From the human T2T-CHM13v2.0 reference genome, Homo sapiens, in assembly GCF_009914755.1 (NCBI RefSeq), contig NC_060947.1: a DNA stretch of 64,000 bases. One strand, given 5' to 3'. Position numbers and translations under genes: made by a program. Of the stretch, positions 63,071 to 64,000 are shown one piece after another. How positions within the stretch are numbered: position 1 is the stretch's first letter; each line of letters opens with the position of its first letter. The notes beneath the pieces are model-generated. The model was not told the DNA's origin and ran no database searches. It saw only the letters and a program-made list of their open reading frames with translations.

Positions 63071-64000
63071 TCAGTCTTCAGCGGCAAGGCTGATGAGATC
63101 CAAGTAGGAGGTTTTCAATAGTGATGGCAACTTTCTGTGGGAATCTGGCAGCTTGAAGAAGTTTGCTGATGAGAGCCATTGAATAAGAATAAGAGGGCCA
63201 GCTCAGGAAGGGATGGGGGGAATTATTGCAGTGGTCACTCACAGTCTGACTTCCAGTGGGATCCTTCACAGAGGGGGCACAGCCTGGTGGGCTTACCTGG
63301 GTTTGGGCATTGTCTGGACCAGTGGCCTTCATTGCCGCACTTGAAACAGGCACCAGGTGGAGGTGGATTGCCAGGAGGCTTCCACGTGGAGCTGCAGCCC
63401 TGTGGGCCTGCAGGGCCTCTGATGGTGGAGGCAAGCATTTGAAACTGCCTGTTTTTGCCTTTTACTTTCCTCATCACGATTGTTAAAGACTTTGAAGGCT
63501 AAATTAAGAAGGTCTCATTGTGGGGTTTGAGGGCTGTCATCAAGCTTCTGAGGCTTGTGCCGAATACTGGGGGTGGATTGGGAGACGAACCGAAGGATTA
63601 AGATAGTGGTTCCCTCTGGGCTGGTTGGGAGAGAGAAAAAGGGCTGGGTTTTCATCAGGACCTTGGGTGATTTCCGAAAATTTTTCATAGTTTACCACTT
63701 TATGGGCATGCTTTTTGAGTCCTGCAAGGAGACACACAATCATGTGGTCTTGATGGCAGCATCCAGAGGCCCCGTCTTGATAATCCCAGTGGGATCCTGT
63801 TTGGGGACTGCCTCTTCACCAGTAGGCTGGGCAGGAGCTTGGTGATGAATTGTATCAGCATGTGCCAGAGCTAGGGTCCAGATACGGTCTTGGTCTTCTG
63901 GGCTAAGGGTGGAAGAGAGGATAACATAGAGGTCATGGCAGGTTAGTTCATTAGACTGGGTAAGGTACTGAAACTCCCTAATATAAGGGGTAGGGTTTTC
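63071..64000 (-). pseudogene. gag (CA/NC part), disrupted
   Basis: ITQGPDENPALFL; CFKCGNEGHWSRQC; CPLCEGSHWKSDC; ...GCTGAAGACTGA end. Confidence 0.9.

Larger units (their letters stand above)
59755..64000 (-). mobile_element. HERVH48/HERV-F-like internal region, env mostly deleted, continues off the right edge
   Basis: Gammaretroviral gag-pro-pol order; two NC knuckles; TGA at the gag end. Confidence 0.82.

Overview
Primate genomic DNA, most likely human or great ape, since it carries an L1PA2-type 3' end. It is almost entirely decayed retroelements, and I see no host gene, RNA gene or CRISPR array. The ORFs I can identify are L1 ORF0/ORF1/ORF2 or ERV gag/pro/pol/env remnants; the rest look like incidental frames in repeats. 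Contents: the 5' end of an L1-retroposed HERV-W copy (1-744), an internally deleted HERV-L/MLT2A provirus, MST, MLT1A and MER57 LTRs, only two Alus (both AluJ-like), about 20 L1 fragments from L1M to L1PA2 age, and a HERV-H/F-class provirus (HERVH48/MER48-like) running off the right edge. I found no new gene system. The best signals are mechanistic scars: (1) a full-length L1PB inside two nested TSD pairs, with a MER57 LTR that ends in a poly(A)-like tail (candidate transduction); (2) two twin-primed L1s, one with a ~4 kb inversion; (3) a ~110-nt candidate 3' transduction; (4) an in-frame integrase-Env TM fusion ORF; (5) an RNase H fragment copied into gag; (6) a VNTR built from an inverted copy of its flank. 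Subfamily names come from my recall of consensus sequences and need RepeatMasker/Dfam confirmation. Boundaries of old elements are approximate.
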